Shown: in pieces, positions 25,016 through 37,392 of the stretch
Numbering within the stretch: the stretch's first letter is position 1
Layout: the number at the start of each line of letters is the position of its first letter
DNA from: Somniosus microcephalus
Lineage: Eukaryota
DNA length: 64,000 nt
Direction: 5' to 3'
Assembly: GCA_052327205.1 (NCBI GenBank)
Contig: CM126204.1
Span: 155,310,001-155,374,000, forward strand
Notes under the pieces: model-generated
The model's database searches: none
Seen by the model: the letters and a program-made list of their open reading frames with translations, nothing else
What the model was told of the DNA's origin: nothing
Made by a program: the position numbers and the translations under genes

Positions 25016-25151
25016 AGTTCTGAAGAAGGGTTTCGACCCAAAACGTTGACTCGGTTTCTCTCCATGGATGTTGCCTGGCCTGCTGAGTTTTTCCAGCGTT
25101 TTCTGTTGTTATTTCGGATTTCCAGCATCCGCAGTATTTTGCTATTGTATT
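25016..25151 (+). mobile_element. Short Penelope pLTR cassette with degenerate hammerhead
   Basis: agtt-CTGAAGA-a-gggt(ttcg)accc-AAAA-cgttgact plus tail ...ttccagcatccgcagtattttgc. Confidence 0.7.
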
Positions 25152-25369
25152 AAGTTTGTCAGTTCAACCGATTTCAATGATTTATGGGGAGTTCCACAGC
25201 GCAGCGTGTGGCGGAACACAGAATGACTGGCCACAACTTCAGGATTTCCGTGTTTATCTGCTCATGCGCTAAATCCTGAAGTTACGATCAGTTTCAGAGG
25301 TGTAATGACGGCGAATACTGACAGTTTGCTGTTATTACCACCGCAAAATCTGGGCCAATGGCATTGTTC

Positions 25370-26560
25370 TTCCCAAGGGTTAACTGGAGTTAATTGCAGC
25401 TCATCCAAGATTGGAAGTTGGACAAGCAATCTGACAACACTGTGGCAATGGAATGGCAGGGAGGTAGTGGAGAAGTAGAGCTGGCTGTCATAAGCATACA
25501 AGTGGAAGCTGATCTCTGTCTTCAGATGATGCTGCCAAGGGATAGCATGTAGATGAGGAATAGGAGGCAGCCAAGGAGAGAACCTCGGGGGACTGCAGAG
25601 GTCATGTAGATGAGGAATAGGAGGCAGCCAAGGAGAGAACCTCGGGGGGCTGCAGAGGTCATGTAGATGAGGAATAGGAGGCAGCCAAGGATAGAACCTC
25701 GGGGGACTGCAGAGGTCATGTAGATGAGGAATCGGAGGCAGCCAAGGAGAGAACCTCGGGGGACTGCAGAGGTCATGTAGATGAGGAATAGGAGGCAGCC
25801 AAGGATAGAACCTCGGGGGACTGCAGAGGTCATGTAGATGAGGAATAGGAGGCAGCCAAGGATAGAACCTCGGGGGACTGCAGAGGTCATGTAGATGAGG
25901 AATCGGAGGCAGCCAAGGAGAGAACCTCGGGGGACTGCAGAGGTCATGTAGATGAGGAATCGGAGGCAGCCAAGGAGAGAACCTCGGGGGACTGCAGAGG
26001 TCATGTAGATGAGGAATCGGAGGCAGCCAAGGAGAGAACCTCGGGGGACTGCAGAGGTCATGTAGATGAGGAATCGGAGGCAGCCAAGGAGAACCTCGGG
26101 GGACTGCAGAGGTCATGTAGATGAGGAATCGGAGGCAGCCAAGGAGAGAACCTCGGGGGACTGCAGAGGTCATGTGTCGAGATGGGAAGAGAAACCATTG
26201 CTCGGATGCTCTGGCTACGGTTTGATAGGCAAGAGTGGAACAAAGCAAGATTAGTCCCACTGAGCTGGCTAAAGGAGGAGATATGTTAGAAGATGTTGTT
26301 TGTGGTTGACCCTGTCAAAGGCTGCAGAGGTTGAAAAGAACGAGGAGGAATAGTGCACCACGGTCAGTCGCAGAGGATATAGTTTGTGTCCTTGGTTAGG
26401 ACTATTAGTGCTGTCGTAGAGACCGAAACCTAATTGGAGATTCAAACATCGAGTTGCGAGAAAAACGGGCATGTATTTGGGAACTTTGAAAGGGAAGGGA
26501 AATTGGGTGTTAATTTTCAAGGACAAAGGTATCAAGTGTGGGCTTGTTGAGTGGGAACCA
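25370..26560 (-). mobile_element. L2-type LINE RT fragment containing a minisatellite
   Basis: SAAFDRVNH, VPRGSILG.LLFLIY and FHLYAYDSQLY (decayed YADDTQLY). Confidence 0.8.
25546..26175. repeat. Minisatellite, 11 units of 57 bp (one 55-bp unit) plus 5 bp
   Basis: Unit catgtagatgaggaat(a/c)ggaggcagccaagga(g/t)agaacctcgggggactgcagaggt. Confidence 0.97.
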
Positions 26561-26822
26561 TTTAAAATGTCAGCTAGCATGGAGGTCAGGAAGAGAAGTT
26601 TAAATGGATTTTTCAATTTTTTGCAACTAATTTTCAAAATGGCCCCGATTAAATATACCAATCAGGCCATAAGTTTATAATAGCTACCAAGAGTGCTCAA
26701 CTAGTCACACAAATTTTATTTTTCATTTGTAAAATAGTACCCTAAATCTGCAAAATTTAAGCCTTAGTTTATGATACGTTTACTACTTAATCTGTAAATC
26801 ACAGGTTCATCAAATAACTTAC

Positions 26823-26959
26823 TTGGCAGTGGGACAGTAAGAGATGGTGGTGCTCTCATCAGTGGGGGCCGAGAATTTTTTCCTTGTTGATAACTAGGTG
26901 GAGCGATGTAACTGTAAACACCACTTCCTGCTGGAGAGCGGTCTTTTGACATAACATGG
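26823..26959 (-). CDS. XRN2: XRN2 exon (HVMSKDRSPAGSGVYSYIAPPSYQQGKNSRPPLMRAPPSLTVPLP)
   Basis: 137 nt, tttcag acceptor, A/gtaagt donor, phase 2-1. Confidence 0.88.
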
Positions 26960-27254
26960 CTGAAACAAAATTAAAGAGACAATATGTACACGTGCATATA
27001 ATACAAACCAGGTTATTCTTTTATTTTTAAACAATTTAACTAATAAAAATGTGGTTTGCTCTGAGTGATGGGGACTGAAGCCAATAGCTTTTTCAATGAT
27101 CCATATCCTGTAGCTTTGCACAATGTGAAACATTTCTCCCAAAACCAGACAATGTCGGAGAGTCCACGTTCAACATCCAAAACACAATTCCATTAAGTTT
27201 TCACAAATACTTCACAATTAAAGCCAGCGCCACACTTTTACTGATTTATGATTG

Positions 27255-27670
27255 AGAACTGAACTGAAAGGTTACACCTATCAGGAAAAATTGAACAGGC
27301 TGGGGCTCTTTTCTCTAGAGAACAGAAGACTGAGGGGTGGCCCGATAGAGGTCTTAAAGATTATGGAAGGGTTTGATAGAGTCGATGTAGAGATGTTTCC
27401 ACTTGCGGGGAGACCAGAACTAGGGGCCATAAATATAAAGATAGTCACTAATAAATCCAATAGGGAATTCAGGAGAAACTTCTTTACCCAGAGAGTAGAA
27501 CTCGCTACCACAAGGAGTAGTTGAGGCAAATAGCATAGATGCATTTAAGGGGAAGCTAGGTCAAACACAAGGGAGAAAGGAATAGGATATGTTGATGGGG
27601 TTAGAAGGGTGGGAAGAGGCTTGTGTGGAGCATGGACTGGTTGGGCTGAATGGCCTGTTTCTGTGCTATG
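27255..27670 (+). mobile_element. CR1 LINE 3' fragment
   Basis: YQEKLNRLGLFSLENRRLRG...RNFFTQRV. Confidence 0.85.
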
Positions 27671-28618
27671 TAACTTTTCAGTCTTGCTGTCCCCACAAAA
27701 AGGTACTGGCACATAGATTGTACGTCACAAAATGTTGAAGTTGCACTGGAGTGTACAAGTTGCACATGAATATGCAAAATATAAATTACATACCAAACAA
27801 TTTCAGGAGCTGGTGTGCTGCTCCAGGCTGTACTAAAATCTGTATCAATACCATTACCTGGATGACAATAAGGAATTTATATGTTCTGCTCCCATGGCCA
27901 ATAAGGACATGGACCAAAGGGAAGGCGGATTTATATTCAATGCTGGAGAAGTTTATGTGGGAATAGCCTCACCCTCAAATCTTTACAAATTCAATTTAGC
28001 AAATGATCTCTACTCACATTCCAATCTCTGTCAGACCTGGTGTTAGAGAATCAAATCTCAAGATCCCCCTGCACTAGTACAAAATCCAAAATTAAACGCA
28101 AACATACTGAAGGCATTGTTTCCACCCAACAATCAAGTTAATCACATTAAACCCTTGAATGGAGTCTGGAACTGGCTTCACTGCAGGAAAAGTTGTGAGG
28201 TGATGGAAGGCAACAAGGACAACAGCTGCGGTGATGGCATCAACTAGGATCTGACTGATAGACAGTGATTGGAGTAGGCAGTGATCCGAGAAGGCTGTAG
28301 ATCACTTGACTCTCCAGGGAATAAATTTTCTGAAGTGGACACTGTCCTTGTGGAATAAGACCAATTCTTAACAGTACATGGAGGTTTAACAAATGGGCAG
28401 GGGATGAGGGGGGGGGGGGGTGGGAAAAGAGAAAGGTAATTATTCGTACATACTGCGCCAGCATTAAGACAAGTAATTCATGCTTTTAGTCTGTATCTTA
28501 AGTAAATTAGGAGGCAACTCAAAGCTGGAGAGATAATCTTGCAGATGCTGAAATGATCTTGCTAACTATAACCTATTTAATTGAGCTTTTACATTTGATG
28601 GCTTGGAATGTCACTCAC

Positions 28619-28750
28619 CCCAGTGTTCTAAATGCCGACTGGTCCAGATGTACCTGGTGTCGATTTGGGTTAAAGCCAAGTCTAGGCCTCCAAGGCTGCT
28701 TCGAGTTAGACTGCTCCCAGTCACCTGGTTTCAGTACTTTAGGAGGCTTT
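28619..28750 (-). CDS. XRN2: XRN2 exon (KPPKVLKPGDWEQSNSKQPWRPRLGFNPNRHQVHLDQSAFRTL-G)
   Basis: 132 nt, GT-AG; VHLDQSAFRTLG conserved. Confidence 0.95.
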
Positions 28751-28858
28751 CTGAAAGAGAAAGGTGAAAACAAACAATTTAATGATCATTTCATAGAATT
28801 TTACAGCACAGAAGGAGGCCATTCCGCTTGTTATGCCTATGCCGGCTCTTTGAAAGAG

Positions 28859-28991
28859 TTCTGACGAAGGGTCATTGACCAGAAACATTGACTCTGTTTC
28901 TCTCTCCACAGATGCTGCCTGACTTGTTGAGTATTTCCAGCATTTTGTTTTTATTTCAGATTTTCAGCTTCCGTAGTATTTTGCTTTTGTA
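28859..28991 (+). mobile_element. Short Penelope pLTR cassette with hammerhead motif, inserted in a CR1 3' end
   Basis: CTGACGA-a-gggtc(att)gacca-GAAA-cattgactc followed by the tail shared with 6422-6519; TSD tctttgaaa(g/a)ag at 28847-28858 and 28992-29003. Confidence 0.75.
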
Positions 28992-29128
28992 TCTTTGAAA
29001 AAGCTGTCCAATTTAGTCCCACACTGCAGCTTCCTCCCCATAACCCTACAAATTAGTCCCCTTCAAGTTCATGTCCAATTTTCTTTAAAAAGTTCCTATG
29101 GAGTCTGATTCCACCACCCTTTCAGGTA

Positions 29129-29459
29129 CAGGAAACTTTGAGATATCCGGCACTGACGGGACCGGCGTGTTGCCAATCTATCAAAACTGCCGGACATACA
29201 AAGTTAATGTTGAAACAGAGGTTTTCATCTCCTTATCTGACAACAAACACTGTTGCTTAGCAACAGCTTCTAAAGAGTCAGCTGCAGCTGCAAGCATCTG
29301 TAGCTAAAGCTGCTGCTATAGCTACAGACCTTGCAGTGGCTGACTGGGGAAAAAAAAACGAACGAGATCTAAAAAAAACTTACAGAAAACGGCTCCTGAT
29401 TTTTGCCGTTAGATCGAGTATTCCGGACATACAACCTCCGGATAAACCAAAGTTTCCTG
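29129..29459 (-). mobile_element. MITE family A, copy 2 (inverted; interrupts a CR1)
   Basis: Same TIRs; TA duplication splits the CR1 sequence ctttcaggTA|gtacattccaga. Confidence 0.88.
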
Positions 29460-31206
29460 TAGTACATTCCAGATCTTAATACCTTCTGCGTGAAGAGATT
29501 TCTCCTCATTTCCCCTCTAGTACTTTTGCCAATTTTTTTAAATCTATGACCTCTGGTTATTAACCCACTTGCCAGAGGAAAGAGTTTCGGAAACAGTTTC
29601 CCCCTACTTACTATATCAAAACCCCATCATACTTTTGAATACCTCTATTTTGTCTCCCCTTAACCCTCTCTGCTCCCAAGGAGAACAATCCCAGCTTCTC
29701 CGATCTCTTCACATAACTGAAGTCCCTCATCCCTGGTATCATCTTGGTAAACCTCCTCTGTACCCTGTCCAGGGTCTTGACATCCTTTCTAAAGTGTGAT
29801 GTCCAGAATTGTACACAACACTCCACCTGAGGCCTAACAAGAGATCTGTAAAGGCTTAGCATGACTTCATTGTTTTTGTATTCAATGCCCCTATTTACAA
29901 AGCCAAGTATCCCACACGCTTTCTTAACTGCCCTTATCAACTTGCCCTGCCACCCTCAAAGATTTGTGAATATGCACCCCCAGGTCCCTCTGTTCTTGCA
30001 CCTCTCCGTCCCCACCTCAAAATAGTACCATTTAGATTATACTTCCTCTCCATGTTTCTCCCACAGTGCATCACTTCACACTTATCCGCATTAAATTGCA
30101 TCTGTCATGCGTCTGCCCATTTCACCAATCTGTATATGTCCTCCTGAAAGCCCATATATACATCATCTACTGCACTACCTTCATCAACCCACTCTGTTAC
30201 TTCAAAGAACTCAACAGGATAGTCAGACACGATTTGTCTTTAACAAATCCATGCTGGCTGTCACTTATTAACCCATGTTGCTCCAAGTGAGAATTAATTT
30301 GATCATTGACAATGGTCTCTAGTAGTTTTCCCACCACTGATGTCGGGCTGATTGGCCTGTAGTTACCAGGTTTATCCGTCTTCCCTTTTTTGAACGGGGG
30401 TGTAAAATTTGCAAACATCCAATTCTCTGACATCACTCCAAAATCCAAGGAGGATTGAAAGATTGTGGTCAGAGCTTCTGCGGTCTCCATCCTAGCTTTC
30501 CTCAGCAACCTAGGATACACCCCCATCTGTACCGGGTGGCTTGTTGACTGAGTGATGCCAACCTATTTAGCACCTCCTTTCTATCTATTTTTATCCTATC
30601 CAATATCTCTACTCCCCCCATCTCTACTGACATTAACTTCATCCTCTTCTTTTGCGAAGACTGATGCAAGTACTCATTCAGTACCTCATTTATATCCTCT
30701 GCCTCCACAAGAAGATTTTCTTTCTTGTCTCTAATTGGCCCCACTTTTCTTTTAACTATCCTTATACGTTTATAAAAGATTTTTGGGTTCCTTATGTCAC
30801 CTGCTAATCTTTTCTCATACTCTCTCTTTGCCCTTTTATTTCCCCCTGCCCTCTATATTCTGCCTGTTAATGTATCATTTACATCAACAAGGATGGTGAT
30901 TCTTAATAGAAGGATGTCAAATCTTAAGCAAGTACTGCCTGAACGTTATGTGATAGCGAGAACTAGGGCAATCACAGCGTCCCTCACTGAATTGATGTCA
31001 AGACAAGCATGTTTTCAGCAGGCATCAATGGACAATGATCAAAGAACCCTATTTTCTCCTCCCTAGCCAAGGCACCAAGTACTTCCACCCTAACTCAAAT
31101 CGGCTAACTTCATATAGACCCGAGAAAGAATCCTGCATCTTTGTGGTCTGAAATAACAGAAAATGCTGGAAACACTCAACAGGTCAGGCAGTATCCACGT
31201 TATTTT

Positions 31207-31570
31207 CGGTGGCATAGTGGTTAGCACGGTTGCCTCACAGCACCGGGGACCCGGGTTCAAATCTGGCCTCGGGTGACTGTCTGTGTGGAGTTTGCACATT
31301 CTACCCGTGTTTGCGTGGGTTTCCTCCGGGTGCTCCGGTTTCCTCCCACAGTCCAAAGATGTGCGGGTTAGGTTGATTGGCCATGATAAAAAAAAAAAAA
31401 AAATTGGCCCTTAGTGTTAGGGGGGATTAAATACGTGGGGTTACGGGGATAGGGCTTGGTGTAGGGACCGGGTGCTATGGGTTGGATGATCAGCCATGAT
31501 CTCGTTGAATGGCGGAGCAGGCTCGAAGGGCCGAATGGCCTACTCCTGCTCCTATCTTCTATGTTTCTAT
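31207..31570 (+). mobile_element. tRNA-derived V-SINE (HE1-like)
   Basis: A box tggcatagtgg, B box gggttcaaatc, V-domain gggtttcctccgggtgctccggtttcctcccaca, CR1-like 3' tail. Confidence 0.88.
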
Positions 31571-31811
31571 GTTATTTCAGATTTCCAGCATCCACAGTAT
31601 TTTGCTATTGTATCTTTGTTGTCCGAATGGTTTTGTGGTTTCTCACAAGCAAATGTGTGCTGACAACATGTTAACAGTTTCTCAACTAGAAAGAATCTTG
31701 CCACCAATGCTCATTCATTTTAATGATTCAAAGTTGCTACCTTGAATGTTAACTTTAAAAAAAAAAACCTCAAATCCCAGGAAAATTTTATTGTTTAGAA
31801 ATGCTACTTAC

Positions 31812-31880
31812 ACAGCTCCAGCTAAGAAGCAAGCTTTGAATACGTAGTCATCTTCAAACTGAGGGTCCTTGAATAGTATA
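31812..31880 (-). CDS. XRN2: XRN2 exon (ILFKDPQFEDDYVFKACFLAGA-V)
   Basis: 69 nt, phase 2-2; FKDPQF..DY.FKA conserved. Confidence 0.93.
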
Positions 31881-32004
31881 CTGCAAGGAGGGAGGGAAAT
31901 GTTTGCATTAAGCAGACTCCTTTTATTATACACATCAACGAACAAAACAGACTAAATCTGTGACCGGAAACCTTAGTAAGTTGTGCTAATAAATTTTCAC
32001 TTAC

Positions 32005-32061
32005 CTGCATGCATTATTCTGAACAATGTCTTGCAATGCTGGTATAGGAGAAACTACTGCC
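32005..32061 (-). CDS. XRN2: XRN2 exon (AVVSPIPALQDIVQNNAC-S)
   Basis: 57 nt, phase 2-2, ttttag acceptor, AG/gtaagt donor. Confidence 0.9.
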
Positions 32062-32724
32062 CTAAAAATAAATACATAAAGAAATTCATGTAGCCAAATA
32101 ACAAAGATGCGCCTCCCTTCGCTGATTTGTCTTTTTAAAAATCTTATTGCTTCTCCCTGCATTCACAGTCAAAATTGGAGCACCTGAGTCACTGATCTTT
32201 CCAATTCACCAGCAGAAGGCATGTGCACATAAAATAGATACCAATTATTATCCTTTCTCCTTAGATTCCACCCCACCCCCAGAAATAGCATTTCCTTTCA
32301 AGTATGACTCCAGGCACGTGCACACCAAAGAACAAATATAAGTTTGTTCAAGCAGCTGGTAATTCTGGATCTCAACATTCTAGTCCAGAATCAAGCACCA
32401 ACTACTCAGGCTGCATTTAAAATTGAACTGCGTTTTCAGTTTTTGAATCAGACTCATCGTTCAAGGACTCCCTCTGCCTAGCAGTAAATTAGTGTTTTAC
32501 TTTCAGTCTATGAAATGAGTCTTAAATTTATTAACTGAACCTTCAAAAATTTGAAGAGGAACAAAGTTTGCTTTTCCACCAGCCTAAATTCATAATTATG
32601 AATCAATTTACACACGCCACAATAATTACCAGATGATGCAGTTAGGGCCTTGTACATACACTTTATATTACTACAAAAAAAAACTATGAATACCAACAAA
32701 AATTTTGGTAGAATAAACACATAC

Positions 32725-32804
32725 TTTCCTGGTTGTATTACATCGCACTGTAATGTTAGAAGACCTTTAATACCATGGCAAAGTTCAGGAGGCATCTCCA
32801 AACC
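32725..32804 (-). CDS. XRN2: XRN2 exon (GLEMPPELCHGIKGLLTLQCDVIQPG-K)
   Basis: 80 nt, follows an 85-bp intron; PPELCHGI conserved. Confidence 0.93.
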
Positions 32805-32889
32805 CTATAATCACAAGTTTCATTTAGTAGAAATACTTACTTTAAAAAAAGCAGTGAGCAGCATTACAAATACACTATTGCATACCTAC

Positions 32890-32984
32890 CTGAGCATCAC
32901 CTTTTTGCAACTCAACAATGAAGTCAAATAGCTTGTGGTATTTTCCAACAAACAGCATATCACTGCCAAGACTATTTCGTCGAG
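32890..32984 (-). CDS. XRN2: XRN2 exon (TRRNSLGSDMLFVGKYHKLFDFIVELQKGDAQ)
   Basis: 95 nt; CAG/gtaggt donor chosen because it keeps frame with the next exon. Confidence 0.93.
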
Positions 32985-33348
32985 CTGCAATTAAGATATT
33001 CAAAAGTTTAATTTTATTTAAATATTTCCAGCATCTTTTGTTCAGATTTAATCATGCTATGTTATGTTTACTTACTGAATATAATAACACGAGAAGAGAG
33101 GCTAAAATTAAGAGGCTAAAAACCAACACCAAACTATTTTCATAATCACTGGAGCAATTTTTTAAATTTTATTTTACAACGCGCATGAAGTATCATTCAT
33201 TAAATCAGACATGCGTACAGTGGTTATACTGAATCAATAACACCCATCCATTATTATTGGCTTTCTGAGGCTTAGTAAAGCATGCAAGTAATTTCTGAAA
33301 AACTAAATGATTACCCAGTCAACCTGATGCAGTTATCGTAATACTTAC

Positions 33349-33432
33349 TTTCATCAGGACTGAGATCAGGGTAAACCTCTTTCAGAGCTGCTCTAAGCCG
33401 TCGCTCATCAACAAATGGTAGAAGTGCAACAC
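33349..33432 (-). CDS. XRN2: XRN2 exon (VALLPFVDERRLRAALKEVYPDLSPDE)
   Basis: 84 nt, phase 1-1, gtaagt donor. Confidence 0.97.
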
Positions 33433-33944
33433 CTAAAGACAGATAAGCAGTCAATTAGTGCTGGAAATAACTAGACCACAGACATTGATGGGCCTTGCAT
33501 AAGCAGTTGAATTTCTAGTTAACCTTCCTACTTTCTAAACAAAGTGGCAATCTAAGCTGGATACAAAATGTCTACAGGGCAAATTTCTGCAAAAGCCTTT
33601 TTTCTTTAAAAACACTCGAGTGTTAATCCTACTTCAAAATTAACCATTCGTGCATATAAATTCTGAATCAGCCAGGCAGCGATTTTGCACCATTTTGTAT
33701 GTCCAGTAAGATGATGTCAGGGTCCCACTGGGCTTTACCCAGCCTCCCCAACATTAATCCTAAACTTGCATAAGTGAACCTCGTTTTTTTTTTGCAATTT
33801 ATTTCATGCTACACGACAGTCAATCTGCTCAAGCGGCCAAGGCACAAAAATCTTTTATCACTCAGGCAGTTTTAATTGTTACTTCAGCACAGACCAACAA
33901 AGTCATCTACAGCACAACACCAGATTTGACCATGCTGCATCTTT

Positions 33945-34530
33945 CCTGCAGCGAGTGTCTCACCTCCTGACTCCCCAAAGCCTTTCCACCATCTACAAGG
34001 CACAAGTCAGGAGTGTGATGGAATACTCCCACTTGCCTGGATGAGTGCAGCTCCAACAACACTCAAGAAGCTCGACACCATTCAGGATAAAGCAGCCCGT
34101 TTGATTGGCACTCCATCCACCACCTTCAACATTCACTCCCTCCACCACCGGCGCACTGTGGCTGCAGTGTGTACCATCTACAAGATGCACTGCAGCAACT
34201 CGCCAAAGCTCCTTCAACAGCACCTTCCAAACCCGCGACCTCTACCACTTAGAAGGACAAGGGCAGCAGACGCATGGGAACATCACCACCTACACGTTCC
34301 CCTCCGAGCCACACACCATCCTGACTTGGACCTGTATCGCCGTTCCTTCACTGTCGCTGGGCCAAAATCCTGGAACTCCCTTCCTAACAGCATTGTGGGT
34401 GTGCCTACACCATATGGACTGCAGCGGTTCAAGGCGGCGGCTCACCACCATCTTCAAGGGCAATTAGGGATGGGCACTAAATGCAGGCCTAGCCAGCGAC
34501 GCCCACATCCCATCAATGAATTAAAAAAAA
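33945..34530 (+). mobile_element. CR1/L2-group LINE 3' end (second family)
   Basis: YKAQVRSVMEYSPLAWMSAAPTTLKKLDTIQDKAARLI...WNSLP and A-rich tail; further copies at 20525-20850 (+) and about 49180-49265 (-). Confidence 0.8.
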
Positions 34531-35559
34531 TAAAAAATGTTAGCCTAAGCATGATTCCCTATCTGATCTGGACAATTGCTCCTTCAACTGAACCAGAATA
34601 AAGACCTTCCATATCTGGAAGATTACAATTAGAATCCCTATAAACAGGATAGGCACCAACAAATAGAGTTAGTCAAGCCCATTTGCTGTGCTACAAGCAG
34701 ACTTCTTTTAACATGCAAAGATGCCCATATTCGACTTGACAGTGTATTGGGGGTGGTAGAACAGAGTTTCCATATCAGAGTCTGCCTCCACAATATGAAA
34801 CACTGAGGGCTTGGCTGCAGGAAGGTGGTGTTGTTCCTCCCAATCTTCAAAGAGTGAAAGGGGAAGTTGGACAAAAAAAAATCTGGAGGTTATAGAAATA
34901 AAGAGGGAAAAGAAGCTGTTGTACTGCTGACCTGTACTACAGTTGCAATTTCTTATTAAACGTACACTCTGCTGTACATAACCCTGCCTGCAGTACGTAA
35001 CCATGCCTGCAGTTTGTTCTGAACAGGTCCAAGACCCTATTATCCAGGGCTGTATGCGGGTCTTCACATGTCAACCACTGATGTTCTCAATTGGATCTGG
35101 TATCACCAGTACACTCAGGCTCACATCCAATTTGTAGGAGTCAAAGTATTGTGAACATGCCCAATTTAGACATCTCTGATTCCTCTCAAATGGCCAGCTG
35201 GAAGCTCAAATGAACAGTAAACAACATGAGCAGCTGGCTAGATTAAAACAGTCCCTAATTATCAGTAAGAGTCTGACCTCATGGGTACCAGACTAGTGAT
35301 ACAATGGACTGGGCATCAACAGGCATTGGTGTGTAGGAAGAGGACAGCGAAGAGAGAGAATTGGTTGACTTTTCAGACCTGTGCATTGACAACCAGATAT
35401 TTAGACAATGATTCTAGTCAGGAAGTTGTGAGCAAAATTCTAACTGCTTGTAATGTCATCTTTTAAGTTTTCTTATTGGAAATCCTAAATTATGACGTGT
35501 AGCGATAACTAAATTAAGCTTGCTTGGCGTGTCCTACTTTTCATGATGAAATCTGTGCA

Positions 35560-37392
35560 ACTGGCAAGCAAAATAAAGGAAAATCCTAAGATGTTTTATA
35601 AGTATATTAAGGGTAAGAGGATAACTAGGGAAAAAATAGGGCCCATTAGGGACAAAAGTGGCAATCTGTGTGTGGGGCCGGAAGATGTAGGAGGGGTTCT
35701 AAATGAATTTTTTGCATCTGTTTTCACTATGGAGAAGGGCGATGTGGACATAGAAATAGGGCGGGGGGACTGTGATATGCTTGAACATATTCACATCGAG
35801 AGGGAGGAGGTATTGGCAGTTTTAGCTGGCCTAAAAATGGATAAATCCCCAGGCCCGGATGAAATGTATCCCAGGCTGCTGTGTGAGGCAAAGGAAGAGA
35901 TTGCAGGGGCTCTAACACATATATTCAGGACCTCTCTGGCCACAGGGGATGTGCCAGAGGACTGGAGAACCGCTAATGTAGTACCATTATTCAAGAAGGG
36001 AAGTAGGGAAAAACCAGGGAACTACAGGCCAGTGAGCCTAACATCAGTGGTAGGAAAATTATTGGAAAAAATTCTGAGGGACAAAATTTGTCTCCACTTG
36101 GAGAGGCAAGGATTAAATCAGGGATAGTCAACATGGCTTTGTCAAGGGAAGATCATGTCTGACTAATTTGATTGAATTTTTTGAGGGGGTGACTAGGTGT
36201 GTGGATGAGGGTAACGCAGTGGATGTGGTATATATGGATTTCAGTAAGGCCTTCGATAAAGTCCCGCACAGGAGACTGGTCAAGAAGGTAAGAGCCCATG
36301 GAATCCAGGGTGCCTTGGCACATTGGATACAAAACTGGCTTAGTGACAGAAGGCAGAGGGTGATGGTCGAAGGTTGTTTTTGTGACTGGAAGCCTGTGGC
36401 CAGTGGGGTGCCACAGGGATCGGTGCTGGGTCCCTTGCTGTTTGTGGTCTACATTAATGACTTGGATATGAATGTAAAAGGTATGATCAGTAAGTTCGCG
36501 GATGATACAAAAATTGGTAGGGTGGTAAATAGCGAGGAGGGTAGCCTCAGTCTGCAGGACGATATAGATGGGTTGGTCAGATGGGCGGAACAGTGGCAAA
36601 TGGAATTTAACCCGGAAAAGTGCGAGGTGATGCACTTTGGGGGGGACTAACAAGGCAAGGGAATACACAATGAATGGAAAGACCCTAGGCAAGACGGAGG
36701 GTCAGAGGGATCTGGGTGTGCAAGTACACAGATCCCTGAAGGCGGCAGAACAGGTGGATAAGGTGGTAAAAAAGGCATATGGGATACTTGCCTTCATTAG
36801 CCGAGGCATTGAATATAAGAGCAAGGAGGTTATGATGGAACTGTATAAAACACTGGTTAGGCCACAGCTGGAATACTGTGTGCAGTTCTGGTCGCCACAC
36901 TACAGGAAGGATGTGATCGCGTTGGAGAGGGTGCAGAGGAGGTTCACCAGGATGTTACCGGGGCTGGAGCGCTTCAGCTATGAGGAGAGACTGGGCAGAT
37001 TGGGTTTGTTTTCCTTGGAGCAGAGGAGGCTGAGGGGGGACATGATTGAGGTGCACAAAATTATGAGGGGCATAGATAGGATGGATGCTGAGGAGCTTTT
37101 TCCCTTAGTAGAAGGGTCAATAACTAGGGGGCATAGATTCAAGGTAAAGGGCGGGAGGTTTAGAGGGGATTTGAGAAAGAACTTTTTCACCCAGAGGGTG
37201 GTTGGAGTCTGGAACTCACTGCCTGAAAGGGTTGTGGAGGCAGGAACCCTCACAACATTTAAGAAGCATTTGGATGAGCACTTGAAATGCCATAGCATAC
37301 AAGGCTACGGACCAAATGCTGGAATATGGGATTAGATCAGACAGGGCTTGATGGCCGGCGCGGACACAATGGGCCGAAGGGCCTCTATCCGT
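35560..37392 (+). mobile_element. CR1 LINE, 5'-truncated, young (ORF2 RT with two frameshifts)
   Basis: KSPGPD, NYRPVSLTS, DFSKAFDKVPH, GVPQGSVLGP, KFADDTK motifs; CR1-type 3' end ...gtgctgtataactctatgactc. Confidence 0.95.

Larger units (their letters stand above)
28790..30850 (-). mobile_element. CR1 LINE fragment (decayed, internally deleted, two nested insertions)
   Basis: Minus-strand ORF pieces PGNYRPISPTS, SQHGFVK, LVRPQVECCVQFW; boundaries approximate. Confidence 0.9.

Noticed and set aside
25262-26260. 332-aa and 179-aa repetitive ORFs; array superficially CRISPR-like
   Set aside because: Head-to-tail 57-bp units without unique spacers, derived from an L2 RT motif; the ORFs are a by-product of a stop-free unit
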